A DNA stretch of 64,000 nucleotides from an uncultured Spirochaetota bacterium (GTDB lineage: Bacteria > Spirochaetota > UBA4802 > UBA5550): assembly GCA_963827275.1 (NCBI GenBank), contig CAWHAA010000004.1, positions 288,001 through 352,000 of the forward strand, given 5' to 3'. Below the pieces are notes generated by a model. It was not told the origin of the DNA. It ran no database searches and saw only the letters and a list, made by a program, of their open reading frames with translations. Numbering within the stretch: the first letter of the stretch is position 1; every line of letters starts with the position of its first letter. The translations under genes and the position numbers were made by a program. This document shows positions 49,296 to 59,914 of this stretch, piece after piece.

Positions 49296-50123
49296 ATGGG
49301 ATTGAAAAAATTTAGACCGATAACGCAGACGACACGATACAAGACCGTGCTGGATTTCTCCGAGATCACGGAGGAAACGCCGCACAAGCCGCTGACGAAA
49401 GGGCGGACCGAATACTCCGGCCGCGGCTACAAGGGCCATATTTCCGTGCGCCGGCGCGGCGGCGGCCATAAGCGCCGGTATCGCAGCATCGATTTCAAGA
49501 GGGACAAGTACGGCATTGCCGGGCGTGTTGATACAATAGAATATGATCCCAACAGGTCGGCAAATATAGCCCTGGTCACCTACATCGACGGCGAAAAGCG
49601 CTACATCGTAGCGCCCGAATCCCTCAAGGTGGGGGACGCGGTCATATCCGGCGACAATGCTGAGATAAAAACGGGGAATGCGTTGCCCCTTAAGAATATT
49701 CCCCTCGGCACCAATATATACAATATAGAGATGACCCGCGGCAAGGGCGGCCAGCTGGTGAGATCGGCCGGCGTATCAGCCGTAATCACCGCGAAGGAAG
49801 GCGCCTACTGCCTGATAAAGCTGCCTTCAGGCGAGATACGGAAAATTCACCAGGAATGCTACGCCACCATCGGTGAAGTCGGCAACAAGGACTTCGGACT
49901 GGTGACGATAGGCAAGGCGGGAAGGTCGCGCTGGCTGAACAAGCGGCCCAAGGTCCGGGGTGTTGTCATGAACCCGGTAGACCATCCCCTCGGCGGCGGT
50001 GAAGGAAAATCATCCGGCGGCCGTCACCCGTGTTCGCCGACCGGGATGCCCAGCAAGGGATACAAGACGAGGAAAAAGCACAAGATCAGCGATAAATATA
50101 TTGTTAATCGAAGGAAGAAGTAA
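49296..50123 (+). CDS. rplB: 50S ribosomal protein L2
   Basis: EYDPNRSA and [13 protein letters not shown]. Confidence 0.99.
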   Translation: MGLKKFRPITQTTRYKTVLDFSEITEETPHKPLTKGRTEYSGRGYKGHISVRRRGGGHKRRYRSIDFKRDKYGIAGRVDTIEYDPNRSANIALVTYIDGEKRYIVAPESLKVGDAVISGDNAEIKTGNALPLKNIPLGTNIYNIEMTRGKGGQLVRSAGVSAVITAKEGAYCLIKLPSGEIRKIHQECYATIGEVGNKDFGLVTIGKAGRSRWLNKRPKVRGVVMNPVDHPLGGGEGKSSGGRHPCSPTGMPSKGYKTRKKHKISDKYIVNRRKK

Positions 50124-50407
50124 TGGCTCGGTCAGTAAAAAAAGGTCCGTTCGTAGACATTAAGTTGTTCAAGAAGATTGAGGACATGAATTCCTCAAAT
50201 TCGAAAAAGGCCGTAAAGACATGGTCGCGGCGATCGACAATATTCCCGGAAATGATCGGCCATACGCTCATGGTCCACAACGGGAAAAACTTCATCCCGG
50301 TTTACGTCACGGAGAACATGATTGGACACAAGCTGGGTGAATTCGCGCCCACCAGGACCTACCGTGGCCACAGAACCAAAGATGATAAAACAGCCAAGAG
50401 GAAATAA
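50123..50407 (+). CDS. rpsS: 30S ribosomal protein S19
   Basis: RSVKKGPFV and [11 protein letters not shown]. Confidence 0.98.
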   Translation: MARSVKKGPFVDIKLFKKIEDMNSSNSKKAVKTWSRRSTIFPEMIGHTLMVHNGKNFIPVYVTENMIGHKLGEFAPTRTYRGHRTKDDKTAKRK

Positions 50408-50410
50408 CTG

Positions 50411-50749
50411 ATGGAAGCGCTTGCTTTTTCTAAAATCAACAGGGTATCAGCCTCCAAGGCGAGGCTGGTGGCGAATGAAGTACGGGGCGAAGAGCTCCCG
50501 TACGCCATTGAAATTTTGAAAGCGATGCCGCAGAAGTCGGCCCGCCTCATTCTTAAAACGCTGTATTCGGCCGGCGCCAACGCGAAATTCAAGAAGCCTG
50601 ACATAATGGACAAGAGCCTGTATATAAAGAAAATCACCGTGGATGTCGGGCCGACCATGAAGCGGTTCCGCCCCCGGGCGCGCGGCCGGGCGAACCGGAT
50701 CAAGAAAAGGACGAGCAGCATCCTGATTGTGCTGTCTGACGAAAGCTAG
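50411..50749 (+). CDS. rplV: 50S ribosomal protein L22
   Basis: KRFRPRARGRA. Confidence 0.97.
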   Translation: MEALAFSKINRVSASKARLVANEVRGEELPYAIEILKAMPQKSARLILKTLYSAGANAKFKKPDIMDKSLYIKKITVDVGPTMKRFRPRARGRANRIKKRTSSILIVLSDES

Positions 50750-50818
50750 AAATACGCCGCGGTCATGAGGGCGAAAGAATAGAGCAGCAAATAATTTAAC
50801 AAAGGGTATCAATTTATT

Positions 50819-51499
50819 ATGGGCCAAAAGGTTAATCCAGTAGGATTCAGGGTGGGAGTCAACAGGACGTGGGACTCCATATGGTATGAAGACAAGAAGA
50901 ATTACGCCAAATACCTTCACGAGGATCTTGCCATAAAGCAATTTGTCGAGAAGGAGAAGAAGTCCGCGGGGATATCCAGGGTCGCCATTGACCGGTTCCC
51001 GGACAGGGTGAACGTCAACATCCACGCGTCACGGCCCGGCGTGCTGATCGGCAAGAAAGGCTCCGATATCGAGGCCCTCAAGGAAAAATTGCAGAAGATT
51101 GCCACTAAAAATGTATATATAAACATCATCGAGGTGAAAAAGCCGGAAAAGAACGCCGCCCTGATAGCGCAGCAGATAGCGCAGCAGGTCGAGGGCCGTT
51201 TTCCTTACCGCAGGGCGGTCAAGCAGGCGATCACCAACGCTATGAGGACCGGCGCCCTCGGGATCAAGGTGGTATGCTCGGGACGTCTGAATAATGCTGA
51301 AATGGCGCGCCAGGAAGCGTACAAGGAAGGGCGGATCCCTCTCCACACCCTCCGCGCCGATATTGATTACGGGTTTGCAGAGGCATTGACCACGTTCGGT
51401 TTGATCGGTGTGAAGGTATGGATTTACAACGGGAACGTGATGTCGCAGGACCTGGAAGATGAGGAAGATAAATACACCGTCAAACGTAAAACAAAGTGA
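50819..51499 (+). CDS. rpsC: 30S ribosomal protein S3
   Basis: MGQKVNP and GRIPLHTLRADIDY. Confidence 0.98.
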   Translation: MGQKVNPVGFRVGVNRTWDSIWYEDKKNYAKYLHEDLAIKQFVEKEKKSAGISRVAIDRFPDRVNVNIHASRPGVLIGKKGSDIEALKEKLQKIATKNVYINIIEVKKPEKNAALIAQQIAQQVEGRFPYRRAVKQAITNAMRTGALGIKVVCSGRLNNAEMARQEAYKEGRIPLHTLRADIDYGFAEALTTFGLIGVKVWIYNGNVMSQDLEDEEDKYTVKRKTK

Positions 51500-51515
51500 G
51501 TAAGGGATAGCCGCC

Positions 51516-51926
51516 ATGTTAATGCCGAAACGACAGAAATTCAGGAAAGTGCAGCGTGGAAATATGCGCGGGAAGGCGATGCGCGGTTCCACGATCGCCT
51601 TCGGGGAGATAGGACTCAAGGTCATCGAACCCGGCGAGATTACCGCACGGCAGATTGAGGCGGCCCGGGTCGCCATTACGCGTAAGGTAAAGCGGGGCGG
51701 GAAGCTCTGGATCAGAATCTTCCCCGACCGCCCGTTCACCAAGAAGCCGGCGGAGACCAGGATGGGCAAGGGAAAGGGCAACCCCGAAGGGTTTGTCGCC
51801 AGGATAAAGCCCGGCAAAGTGATTTTTGAAATCGCCGGTATCGACCAGGTCCTCGCGAAGGAAGCGCTGACCAATGCAGCGTTCAAGATTCCCTTGAAGA
51901 CCAAGATTGTCACGATAAACGACTAG
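51516..51926 (+). CDS. rplP: 50S ribosomal protein L16
   Basis: QIEAAR and RMGKGKG. Confidence 0.98.
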   Translation: MLMPKRQKFRKVQRGNMRGKAMRGSTIAFGEIGLKVIEPGEITARQIEAARVAITRKVKRGGKLWIRIFPDRPFTKKPAETRMGKGKGNPEGFVARIKPGKVIFEIAGIDQVLAKEALTNAAFKIPLKTKIVTIND

Positions 51927-51946
51927 ATGACGCGAGGAATCGAACA

Positions 51947-52159
51947 ATGAAAGGAAAACTCGAAGAACTGACAACTGAAGAGCTGGAGCGCAGCCTCAAT
52001 GAAACGAAGGAAAACCTCCGCAAGGAGCGTTTCAAGGCAGTCACCAGCAAGGTTGATAATCCGAAGAAGATTAAGGAACTGAAAAAGCATATAGCGAGAA
52101 TACTGACCTTGAAACGGCAGTATGCGCTCGGAATCAGGCAAAAAAAGGCATCGAGATAA
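51947..52159 (+). CDS. rpmC: 50S ribosomal protein L29
   Basis: KKHIARILT; position in S10 operon. Confidence 0.95.
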   Translation: MKGKLEELTTEELERSLNETKENLRKERFKAVTSKVDNPKKIKELKKHIARILTLKRQYALGIRQKKASR

Positions 52160-52183
52160 TTTAACGGGAGAGCCGATCGAACC

Positions 52184-52435
52184 ATGGCAAAGAACAAAAA
52201 GCAACTAATCGGGAAAGTAGTAAGTGACAAGATGGACAAAACGATTGTCGTCGAGATCGAGAACCTTGTCATGCATCCTCTCTATAAAAAGTCGGTCCGC
52301 AGGACAAAAAAGCTGAAAAGCCATGATGAGAAAAACGAGTGCGCGATCGGAGACATGGTCAGGATAGAGGAAACGAGGCCGTTATCAAAAGAGAAGAGAT
52401 ACAGGCTGATTGAGATAGTAGAAAAAGCCAGGTAG
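52184..52435 (+). CDS. rpsQ: 30S ribosomal protein S17
   Basis: [11 protein letters not shown] and ETRPLSK. Confidence 0.98.
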   Translation: MAKNKKQLIGKVVSDKMDKTIVVEIENLVMHPLYKKSVRRTKKLKSHDEKNECAIGDMVRIEETRPLSKEKRYRLIEIVEKAR

Positions 52436-52445
52436 AGGAAAAGCA

Positions 52446-52838
52446 ATGATCCAAGTTCAGACGATGCTGGAAGTGGCCGATAACAGCGGCGTAAAGCGTG
52501 TTCAGTGCATCAAGGTGCTGGGCGGCACGAGGCGGCGGTACGCCACGGTCGGCGATATCATCGTCGTGGCCGTCAAGGACGCGCAGCCGTCATACGGTCT
52601 GAAAGACACGATGGGGAAAAAGGTGCACGGCAAGGCGGTCCTCAGGGCCGTTGTTGTCCGCACGACGAGCCCGGTGCGGCGGAAAGACGGGTCACTGATC
52701 AGATTTGACGATAACGCGGTCGCTATCATCGATGCCAAGGGTGAGCCGAGGGGCTCCCGTATTTTCGGCCCGGTGGCGCGCGAACTGCGGGACAAGAATT
52801 TTCTGAAGATCGTTTCCCTGGCGCCAGAGGTTTTATAG
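52446..52838 (+). CDS. rplN: 50S ribosomal protein L14 (130 aa, with internal insertion)
   Basis: VADNSG, RFDDNA and SLAPEVL. Confidence 0.98.
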   Translation: MIQVQTMLEVADNSGVKRVQCIKVLGGTRRRYATVGDIIVVAVKDAQPSYGLKDTMGKKVHGKAVLRAVVVRTTSPVRRKDGSLIRFDDNAVAIIDAKGEPRGSRIFGPVARELRDKNFLKIVSLAPEVL

Positions 52839-52851
52839 AAGGATATATGCC

Positions 52852-53181
52852 ATGAAACAAGAAATTAAAGTCACACGCATAAAGGCGAATGATAACGTAG
52901 TCGTGAATACGGGCGCCGATCGCGGCAGGCGGGGCAAGGTGCTGAAGGTCAGCACCAAGAACGGACGCGTCATTGTCGAGGGTATCAATAAAAAGAACAA
53001 GTATCTGAAGCCGGGACCGGAACAGCCCAAGGGCGGAAAAGTGAACGTGGAATTTCCTATCGATATATCCAATGTCATGATATTCTGCGATAAGTGCAAG
53101 AAGGGCGTCCGCATCGGCATTCAGTACAAGGATAAAACCAGGATCAGGGTCTGCAAGAAGTGCGGGAAGAACCTGGACTAG
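52852..53181 (+). CDS. rplX: 50S ribosomal protein L24
   Basis: KOW, VEGIN and ISNV; CxxC pairs. Confidence 0.96.
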   Translation: MKQEIKVTRIKANDNVVVNTGADRGRRGKVLKVSTKNGRVIVEGINKKNKYLKPGPEQPKGGKVNVEFPIDISNVMIFCDKCKKGVRIGIQYKDKTRIRVCKKCGKNLD

Positions 53182-53213
53182 TCACAAACAAGAATTGAAA
53201 AAGGACACGAGCG

Positions 53214-53756
53214 ATGGCCGCAAGATTAAGAGAAGATTACAATAAGAATATAAAAAAGAAGCTGATGGACCAGTTCAGGTACGGCTCTGTCATGGAAGTT
53301 CCGAAACTTGAAAAGATCGTCCTGAATGTCGGCATGGGCGACGGACATGCCAACCCGAACGGCATGAAGGCCGTCATCGAGGAGCTGACGAACATCACCG
53401 GGCAGCGCGCCGTTAAGACGCTATCGAAAAAGTCGATCGCGAACTTCAAGATCAGGGACGGCATGGAAGTGGGGTGCAGGGTCACCCTCCGCGGCGACCG
53501 GATGTATGAGTTCCTTGACCGCCTTATTAACGTGTCGCTCCCCCGGGTGCGTGACTTCAAGGGGCTTTCGCCGAAATCATTTGACAACTTCGGCAATTAT
53601 AACTTTTCCGTCATGGAACAGATCATTTTCCCTGAAATAGATTTCGACAAGGTCGAAAAAATTCACGGTATCAATATAACCATTGTGACAACAGCGAAAA
53701 AGAAAGAGGCTGCTAAAGCGCTGTTGGATGAATTCAAAATGCCATTTAGATCATAG
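53214..53756 (+). CDS. rplE: 50S ribosomal protein L5
   Basis: [16 protein letters not shown] and EQIIFPEI. Confidence 0.98.
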   Translation: MAARLREDYNKNIKKKLMDQFRYGSVMEVPKLEKIVLNVGMGDGHANPNGMKAVIEELTNITGQRAVKTLSKKSIANFKIRDGMEVGCRVTLRGDRMYEFLDRLINVSLPRVRDFKGLSPKSFDNFGNYNFSVMEQIIFPEIDFDKVEKIHGINITIVTTAKKKEAAKALLDEFKMPFRS

Positions 53757-53767
53757 GAGATAACACT

Positions 53768-53953
53768 GTGGCACGGACAAGCTTATGGGCAAAACAGGAA
53801 CGCGGACCGAAATACAAGGTACGGTGGCACAACAGGTGTAAAATATGCGGAAGGTCCCGCGGATATTTGAGAAGGTTTGAAATGTGCAGGATTTGCTTTC
53901 GGAAGTTGGCGAGCGAGGGCAAGGTCCCCGGCGTCATTAAGTCATCTTGGTAA
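53768..53953 (+). CDS. rpsN: 30S ribosomal protein S14, Zn type (61 aa)
   Basis: RCKICGR...CRICFR...PGVIKSSW. Confidence 0.97.
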   Translation: MARTSLWAKQERGPKYKVRWHNRCKICGRSRGYLRRFEMCRICFRKLASEGKVPGVIKSSW

Positions 53954-53979
53954 AAAATTAACTGTTCAGGATAGAACAC

Positions 53980-54381
53980 ATGAGTGCTATTACAGATCCA
54001 ATTGCTGATATGCTCACCAGAATACGGAACGCCGTCAAGGCTGGGCATTTGATCGTCGATGTTCCATCTTCGAAAATGAAGGTATCCATCGCGAAGATAT
54101 TGAAAGATGAAGGATTTATAAAAAATTTCAAGTTGAATGATGATAACCGCCAGAAGGTTTTGCGGATATACCTCAAGTACACCGACCAGAACCAGCCGGC
54201 AATTCTCAATCTGACGAGGATAAGCAAGCCCGGACGGAGGGTTTACATACAGGCAGAGAATATTGTTCCGATTTACAACAATATCGGGATCTGGATCATA
54301 TCGACATCGAAAGGGATAATTACAAATAAAACCGCGAAAAAACTGAATGTCGGCGGTGAAGTTCTTTGCGAAATTTCATAA
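53980..54381 (+). CDS. rpsH: 30S ribosomal protein S8
   Basis: DPIADMLTRIRN and SKPGRRVY. Confidence 0.98.
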   Translation: MSAITDPIADMLTRIRNAVKAGHLIVDVPSSKMKVSIAKILKDEGFIKNFKLNDDNRQKVLRIYLKYTDQNQPAILNLTRISKPGRRVYIQAENIVPIYNNIGIWIISTSKGIITNKTAKKLNVGGEVLCEIS

Positions 54382-54397
54382 CAGGATAGTAGCGGCA

Positions 54398-54940
54398 ATG
54401 TCACGAGTAGGGAAAAAACCGGTTCAATTACCGAAAGGCGTAACAGTCGATTATAAAGACCGGGTGCTTGCAGTTAAGGGGCCCCTGGGTGAAGAAATTT
54501 TGACCCTGACGGACGGCGTTGAACTTGAGATCAAGGACAACATCCTCACTCTTTCCGCGAAAAGCGCGGATGAAGATCAGGCGATTAATGCTGCATCGGG
54601 CCTCATGAGGGCCCTCATCAGCAATATGGTCACCGGCGTATCAAAGGGGTTCGAGAGAGAGATGGAGATCGTCGGGGTCGGCTACCGCGTGGCCCAGCAG
54701 AACAAGGACGTTCAGTTCCAGCTTGGATATTCGCACCCGATCGTTTTTTCACCGCCCGAGGGGATATCGATCGAGGTCATCGAGGCGACCAAGTTTAAAA
54801 TCAGGGGCGTAAACAAGCAGCAGGTGGGACAGGTGGCGGCCGATATACGCAAGCTCCGTCCGCCCGAGCCCTACAAGGGGAAGGGCATCCGGTATAAAGA
54901 CGAACGTGTCAGGAAAAAAGCGGGAAAGACAGGTAAATAG
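54398..54940 (+). CDS. rplF: 50S ribosomal protein L6
   Basis: MSRVGK and PEPYKGKGIRY. Confidence 0.98.
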   Translation: MSRVGKKPVQLPKGVTVDYKDRVLAVKGPLGEEILTLTDGVELEIKDNILTLSAKSADEDQAINAASGLMRALISNMVTGVSKGFEREMEIVGVGYRVAQQNKDVQFQLGYSHPIVFSPPEGISIEVIEATKFKIRGVNKQQVGQVAADIRKLRPPEPYKGKGIRYKDERVRKKAGKTGK

Positions 54941-54942
54941 CA

Positions 54943-55308
54943 ATGGATAAGATCGCTTTAAAAAAGAAACGGATCACAAGAAGAAGATTCATCATCAAAA
55001 AGAAAATACGGATGAACAAGGACGTCCTGCGTCTTTGCATCAACAAGTTCAACAGCAACATATATGTCCAGATAATAGACGATGGGAAACAGGCCACGGT
55101 CGTAGCGATGTCCACGCTGGCAAAGGAATTTCCCGATATGAAAAACAGGGCGAACAAAGAAGCCGCGAAGGTGCTTGGCAAGCTGTTTGCAGAAAAGGCC
55201 GTTAAGGCGGGATTCAAGAAGGTTGTTTTTGACAGGAACGGGTTCAAGTACCACGGCAGGGTGAAAGCGTTTGCCGACGCGGCGAGAGAAAATGGCCTGG
55301 AGTTCTAG
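54943..55308 (+). CDS. rplR: 50S ribosomal protein L18
   Basis: [12 protein letters not shown]. Confidence 0.97.
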   Translation: MDKIALKKKRITRRRFIIKKKIRMNKDVLRLCINKFNSNIYVQIIDDGKQATVVAMSTLAKEFPDMKNRANKEAAKVLGKLFAEKAVKAGFKKVVFDRNGFKYHGRVKAFADAARENGLEF

Positions 55309-55319
55309 GAGACGCTATA

Positions 55320-55832
55320 ATGAAAATTAAAAGAAAGAAAGTCGCTCCCACTGAATTGGAGCTCGCGGAAAAAATCGTGACGATAAACCGGGTCGCCAAG
55401 GTCGTTAAGGGCGGGAGGCGGTTTTCCTTCAATGCGCTTGCGGTCCTGGGTGACGGTAAGGGGCATGTGGGGATAGGTTTCGGCAAGGCCAATGAGGTCC
55501 CCGATGCCATTGACAAAAGCAAGGAAGACGCCAAGAAGAACATCTTCAAGGTGAACGTGCATAAAAACACGATCCCCCACCAGGTCATTGGCAAATTCAA
55601 ATCAGCGAAGGTGATCCTGAAGCCGGCCGCACCCGGTACCGGGATCATCGCCGGGTCGTCGGTGAGGGCGGTGCTGGAACGGGCAGGCGTCAGCGACGTT
55701 CTTTCAAAAGCGCAGGGCTCGAGAAATCCGGTAAACCTGGTGAAGGCGACGCTGGACGGGCTGCTCCAGTTGCGGAGCTACGAGGAAGTCGCGAAGATGC
55801 GGGACATTCCTCTCAGTAAGTTATGGGAATAG
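55320..55832 (+). CDS. rpsE: 30S ribosomal protein S5
   Basis: [14 protein letters not shown] and PGTGIIAG. Confidence 0.98.
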   Translation: MKIKRKKVAPTELELAEKIVTINRVAKVVKGGRRFSFNALAVLGDGKGHVGIGFGKANEVPDAIDKSKEDAKKNIFKVNVHKNTIPHQVIGKFKSAKVILKPAAPGTGIIAGSSVRAVLERAGVSDVLSKAQGSRNPVNLVKATLDGLLQLRSYEEVAKMRDIPLSKLWE

Positions 55833-55844
55833 TTGGGTGACATC

Positions 55845-56033
55845 ATGGCAAAGAAGCTGTTAGTTACGCAGATAAAAAGCAGTATCGGCACTCTGCCGAA
55901 GCAGAAGGCGACACTCAGGGCTCTGGGATTGCGCAGGATATCCGCCGAGCGACTTCATGATAATACCGCGGTTGTCAGGGGCATGATCGACAAGGTGTGC
56001 CACCTGGTGCGCGTGAAAGAAATTGACCAGTAG
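55845..56033 (+). CDS. rpmD: 50S ribosomal protein L30
   Basis: KSSIG..TLRALGL..GMIDKV. Confidence 0.95.
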   Translation: MAKKLLVTQIKSSIGTLPKQKATLRALGLRRISAERLHDNTAVVRGMIDKVCHLVRVKEIDQ

Positions 56034-56045
56034 AGAGATGTAACC

Positions 56046-56507
56046 ATGGAAGAGATCTATACACTGAAAAAACCCGAAACATTCAAGAAAAGAAAACGGG
56101 TAGGACGCGGGAACGGCAGCGGGCGTGGAAGCCAGTGCGGCAAGGGACATGACGGCCAGCTCAGCAGGGCCGGCAAGAAGCACTATGCATGGTTCGAGGG
56201 CGGGCAGATGCCGCTCCAGCGCCGGATCCCCAAGCGCGGATTCAATAATTACACGAAAAAGGATTTCCAGGTGGTGAATATCGCCACACTAGAAAGATTG
56301 GGCGTTTCAGAAGTAAATCCCGAGCAGTTGAAAAAAGCCGGCCTGATTGCGAGAACGGAGCGGCTCATCAAGGTCCTTGGCAAGGGTGAGATCGGGAAAC
56401 CGGTCAAAGTTGTAGCCGACGCCTTTTCCGCTAGTGCCATTGAAAAGATTAAGAAAGCCGGCGGTGAGGCGATTGTACGCAAGTTGCCGGTTTCGGAAGA
56501 GAAATAA
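56046..56507 (+). CDS. rplO: 50S ribosomal protein L15
   Basis: RVGRG and FEGGQMPLQRRIPKRGF. Confidence 0.98.
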   Translation: MEEIYTLKKPETFKKRKRVGRGNGSGRGSQCGKGHDGQLSRAGKKHYAWFEGGQMPLQRRIPKRGFNNYTKKDFQVVNIATLERLGVSEVNPEQLKKAGLIARTERLIKVLGKGEIGKPVKVVADAFSASAIEKIKKAGGEAIVRKLPVSEEK

Positions 56508-56529
56508 AAGGGTATTGCCAGGGTAAATA

Positions 56530-57867
56530 ATGGCCAACGTTGTCGTAAACATATTCAAAATTCCCGATTTAAGAAAGCGGATCCTGTTCACCCTGGTCAT
56601 GCTGGTTGTATACAGGATCGGCGCGCATATACCGATTCCGGGGATCAATGTTCAGGCCCTTTCGTCGTATTTTACGCAAGCGCAGAGTTCAGGGATGCTG
56701 GATTTCTTCGACCTGTTTTCGGGCGGAGCGTTCAAACGCTTTACGATATTCGCGCTCGGCATAATGCCCTATATATCGGCATCTATTATAATCGATCTTT
56801 TAAAAGTGGTGTTTCCCGCCCTGGAACGACTTGCGAAGGAAGGGCACGAGGGCCACAAAAAAATTACCCAGTATACCAGGTACGGAACTGTGGTACTGAC
56901 CGCCGCACAGTCCTTCGGGCTCACCTTCTGGATGAGATCAATGAAGACCACGGCAGGCGGGTCCGTTGTTCCGGATGATGCCGGCATCGGTTTCATCATC
57001 ATTGCGGTGACGACCATAACGACGGGCACCATGGTCCTGGTCTGGCTCGGCGACATCATTACTGAACGGGGCATCGGCAACGGGATATCCCTTATCATCA
57101 TGGCGGGTATCGTCGTGCGGGCGCCAAACGCATTCCAGGCGACGTTAAAAAAGATCGGGGACACGGGTGAGCCGATCGTCGGTGTCATAATGCTGGTCCT
57201 ATTTCTGGGTGTCGTGGCAGCGTCAATACTATTGACTCTGGGGCAGCGGAGGATACCGGTACAGTACGGGAAGAAACAAACGGGCAGGAGCATGGTGCAG
57301 CGGAGCGCGCAGTATATCCCGCTCCGGGTCAATGCAGCCGGCGTCATTCCCATAATCTTTGCTGCCGCGATCATAACGTTTCCGGCGCAGATAATAAGCT
57401 TTGCCGGCGGCACCAGTTCGGGCGTATTGAATAAGATCCAGTTCTGGCTTTCGCCGGGGCACGTGCCGTACATGATTCTGTACAGCGGACTTATAATATT
57501 TTTCTGTTTTTTTTACACGGCGATCCGTTTCAATCCGACCGAAATAGCGGACAACCTGAAGAAATACGGCGGATTTATCCCGGGCATACGGCCGGGTCAG
57601 AGTACCGCGGAATATATAATGAGCATATTGAACAAGATCAACCTGTCGGGGTCAATTTTTCTGGCATTCATCGCAATCATCCCGGACCTGGTCCTCGGCA
57701 TCTGGCCGGAACAGATAGCGCCGGAGATGGCGCATCTCATGGGGGGCACCTCGCTGCTCATCATTGTCGGGGTTGCCCTTGACACACTGCAGCAGATCGA
57801 GTCACAACTGCTCATGAGGCATTATGACGGCTTTATGAAAGGGGCCCGGATGAAGGGCCGGCATTAA
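56530..57867 (+). CDS. secY: Preprotein translocase SecY
   Basis: LGIMPYISASII, GIGNGISLII, IPGIRPG and GGTSLLI. Confidence 0.98.
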   Translation: MANVVVNIFKIPDLRKRILFTLVMLVVYRIGAHIPIPGINVQALSSYFTQAQSSGMLDFFDLFSGGAFKRFTIFALGIMPYISASIIIDLLKVVFPALERLAKEGHEGHKKITQYTRYGTVVLTAAQSFGLTFWMRSMKTTAGGSVVPDDAGIGFIIIAVTTITTGTMVLVWLGDIITERGIGNGISLIIMAGIVVRAPNAFQATLKKIGDTGEPIVGVIMLVLFLGVVAASILLTLGQRRIPVQYGKKQTGRSMVQRSAQYIPLRVNAAGVIPIIFAAAIITFPAQIISFAGGTSSGVLNKIQFWLSPGHVPYMILYSGLIIFFCFFYTAIRFNPTEIADNLKKYGGFIPGIRPGQSTAEYIMSILNKINLSGSIFLAFIAIIPDLVLGIWPEQIAPEMAHLMGGTSLLIIVGVALDTLQQIESQLLMRHYDGFMKGARMKGRH

Positions 57868-57905
57868 AAGGCGCGGGGTAATAACATTAATCAGTACGTG
57901 AGTAT

Positions 57906-58127
57906 ATGGCAAAAGAAGAACCGATTGAAGTAGAAGGTGTGGTGGTTGAGCCGCTCCCGAACGCTATGTTCAGGGTGAAGCTCGAAAACGGGCATGTGGT
58001 GCTCGCGCATATCTCGGGAAAGATGAGGATGCACTACATCCGGATACTGGCGGGAGACAAGGTCACTGTTGAACTATCGCCCTATGATTTAAGCCGGGGC
58101 AGGATAATATACCGCTCTAAAAACTAG
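57906..58127 (+). CDS. infA: Translation initiation factor IF-1
   Basis: LPNAMFRV and [11 protein letters not shown]. Confidence 0.98.
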   Translation: MAKEEPIEVEGVVVEPLPNAMFRVKLENGHVVLAHISGKMRMHYIRILAGDKVTVELSPYDLSRGRIIYRSKN

Positions 58128-58180
58128 GATGTCACAACGGGCGTTTGCAGAGTACGGTAACGGGTCATGAGAGGAAAAAG

Positions 58181-58315
58181 ATGAAAGTACGAGTGTCGGT
58201 AAAAAAAATATGCAATGAATGCAAGGTCATCAAACGTCATGGCGTTGTGCGGGTCATATGCTCCAACCCGCGTCATAAACAGCGCCAGAAAGTGCGGACC
58301 GTGAAAAAACATTAA
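58181..58315 (+). CDS. rpmJ: 50S ribosomal protein L36 (44 aa, C-terminally extended); absent from the ORF track
   Basis: Read by hand: [51 protein letters not shown]. Confidence 0.95.
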   Translation: MKVRVSVKKICNECKVIKRHGVVRVICSNPRHKQRQKVRTVKKH

Positions 58316-58338
58316 GGTAATAGTACCACGAGGAAAAT

Positions 58339-58722
58339 ATGGCACGTATAGCGGGCGTTGATTTACCAAGTAATAAAAGAATTGAAGTCGGATTGACGTA
58401 TATTTACGGCATCGGCCCGTCGATATCAAAAAAAATTCTCGCGGATGCCAAGGTGGACCCCGACAAGAGGGTCAAGGATCTGGCGGATGAAGAGATCAAT
58501 GATATACGAAAGGCTATAGAAAAAACTGCAAAGGTTGAAGGCGATCTGCGCACGGAAATCGCCATGAATATAAAACGCCTTCAGGATATCGGTTGCTACC
58601 GGGGAGTCCGGCACCGGAGGGGCCTGCCGGTACGGGGGCAGAACACGAAGAACAATGCACGCACCCGGAAGGGAAAACGCGGCACGCCGGTGGGCAGCAA
58701 GAAGAAAACTCTATCTAAATAA
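58339..58722 (+). CDS. rpsM: 30S ribosomal protein S13
   Basis: MARIAGV and [11 protein letters not shown]. Confidence 0.98.
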   Translation: MARIAGVDLPSNKRIEVGLTYIYGIGPSISKKILADAKVDPDKRVKDLADEEINDIRKAIEKTAKVEGDLRTEIAMNIKRLQDIGCYRGVRHRRGLPVRGQNTKNNARTRKGKRGTPVGSKKKTLSK

Positions 58723-58732
58723 GGAGTAGATT

Positions 58733-59125
58733 GTGAAAGGGAAGAAAGTTAAAACCCGGAAAAAAGAGAAGCGGATAGTGCCGATAGGCAAGGCATTTGT
58801 CCAGGCCACATATAATAATACAATAATCACGCTGACCGACATGCAGGGGAATGTCATTGCATGGGCGTCCTCCGGTGGAGAAGGCTTCAAGGGCTCCCGT
58901 AAATCCACCCCCTTTGCCGCGCAGATGGCGGCCAAGACAGCGGCGCAAAACGCGATCAGTAATGCCGGGCTGCAGAATGTAGAGGTGTTTGTCAAGGGTC
59001 CTGGAATCGGCAGGGAGGCTGCTGTCCGCTCGCTGTTTCAGGCCGGGTTGAATATTACCAAGATTAAGGATGTCACCCCGGTGCCGCATAACGGGTGCAG
59101 GCCTAAGAAGAGAAGAAGAGTATAA
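58733..59125 (+). CDS. rpsK: 30S ribosomal protein S11
   Basis: RKSTPFAAQ and PHNGCRP. Confidence 0.98.
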   Translation: MKGKKVKTRKKEKRIVPIGKAFVQATYNNTIITLTDMQGNVIAWASSGGEGFKGSRKSTPFAAQMAAKTAAQNAISNAGLQNVEVFVKGPGIGREAAVRSLFQAGLNITKIKDVTPVPHNGCRPKKRRRV

Positions 59126-59139
59126 TGGAGTGATGCAGT

Positions 59140-59772
59140 ATGGGAAGATATACCGGTCCACGGTGCAAGTTGTGCCGGCGTGAAATGACGCCGCTGATGT
59201 TGAAAGGCCAGAGATGCCTGACTGATAAATGCCCGATCAAGGGCAAGAAAAAGTATCCTCCCGGCCCGCCGCGGAAGAGACGCGCCAAGTTGTCGGACTA
59301 CGCGGTCCAGCTGCGTGAAAAGCAGAGGATCAAGCGGAGTTATGGCATGCTTGAAAAGCAATTCAGGCTTGTCTTCCATGACGCCTTGAGAATGAAGGGC
59401 GTAACGGGCGACAACCTCATGTCTCTTCTCGAGCGGCGGCTGGACAATGTCGTATACCGGATGGGGTTTGCGTCTTCGAGGACGCAGGCGCGCCAGCTGG
59501 TGATGCACAAGCATGTGACGGTAAACGGCCGCGTGGTGGACATCCCGTCGTACCGCGTTGCCGAAGGCAATGATGTCGCCATGAGAGAGAATTACGCGAG
59601 CAACGTAATGCTCGAGGATTCTATAAAACTGGCAAAGGCGATCGATTCGATCCCCGGCTGGATCCAGGTCGATTTTGAAAAACGAAGCGGAAAAATTGTC
59701 CGCATGCCGTTACGCGAAGATTTGACTTCGAACTTTAATGACCAGCTCGTCGTTGAGCTGTATTCGAAATAG
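59140..59772 (+). CDS. rpsD: 30S ribosomal protein S4
   Basis: QLREKQ, LERRLDNVVYR and VELYSK. Confidence 0.98.
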   Translation: MGRYTGPRCKLCRREMTPLMLKGQRCLTDKCPIKGKKKYPPGPPRKRRAKLSDYAVQLREKQRIKRSYGMLEKQFRLVFHDALRMKGVTGDNLMSLLERRLDNVVYRMGFASSRTQARQLVMHKHVTVNGRVVDIPSYRVAEGNDVAMRENYASNVMLEDSIKLAKAIDSIPGWIQVDFEKRSGKIVRMPLREDLTSNFNDQLVVELYSK

Positions 59773-59914
59773 CATTCTGCCTGGCGTGGTGCAGCCACTG
59801 ATCAGTTTGTCCGCGCAAGAGCGGATGCCCTGATCGCTTGCGGCTGCGCCCGGAAGGGAGCACTGTACAGTCTGTCTGTTCCCTTATTTGTTTTGCATTG
59901 AAATGGAGGTGAAA

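Noticed and set aside
59846..59865. CCC-GGAA-GGG-AGCA resembling SRP RNA helix 8
   Set aside because: Lacks the conserved 5' CAGG and 3' AGCAG symmetric loop and the long closing helix
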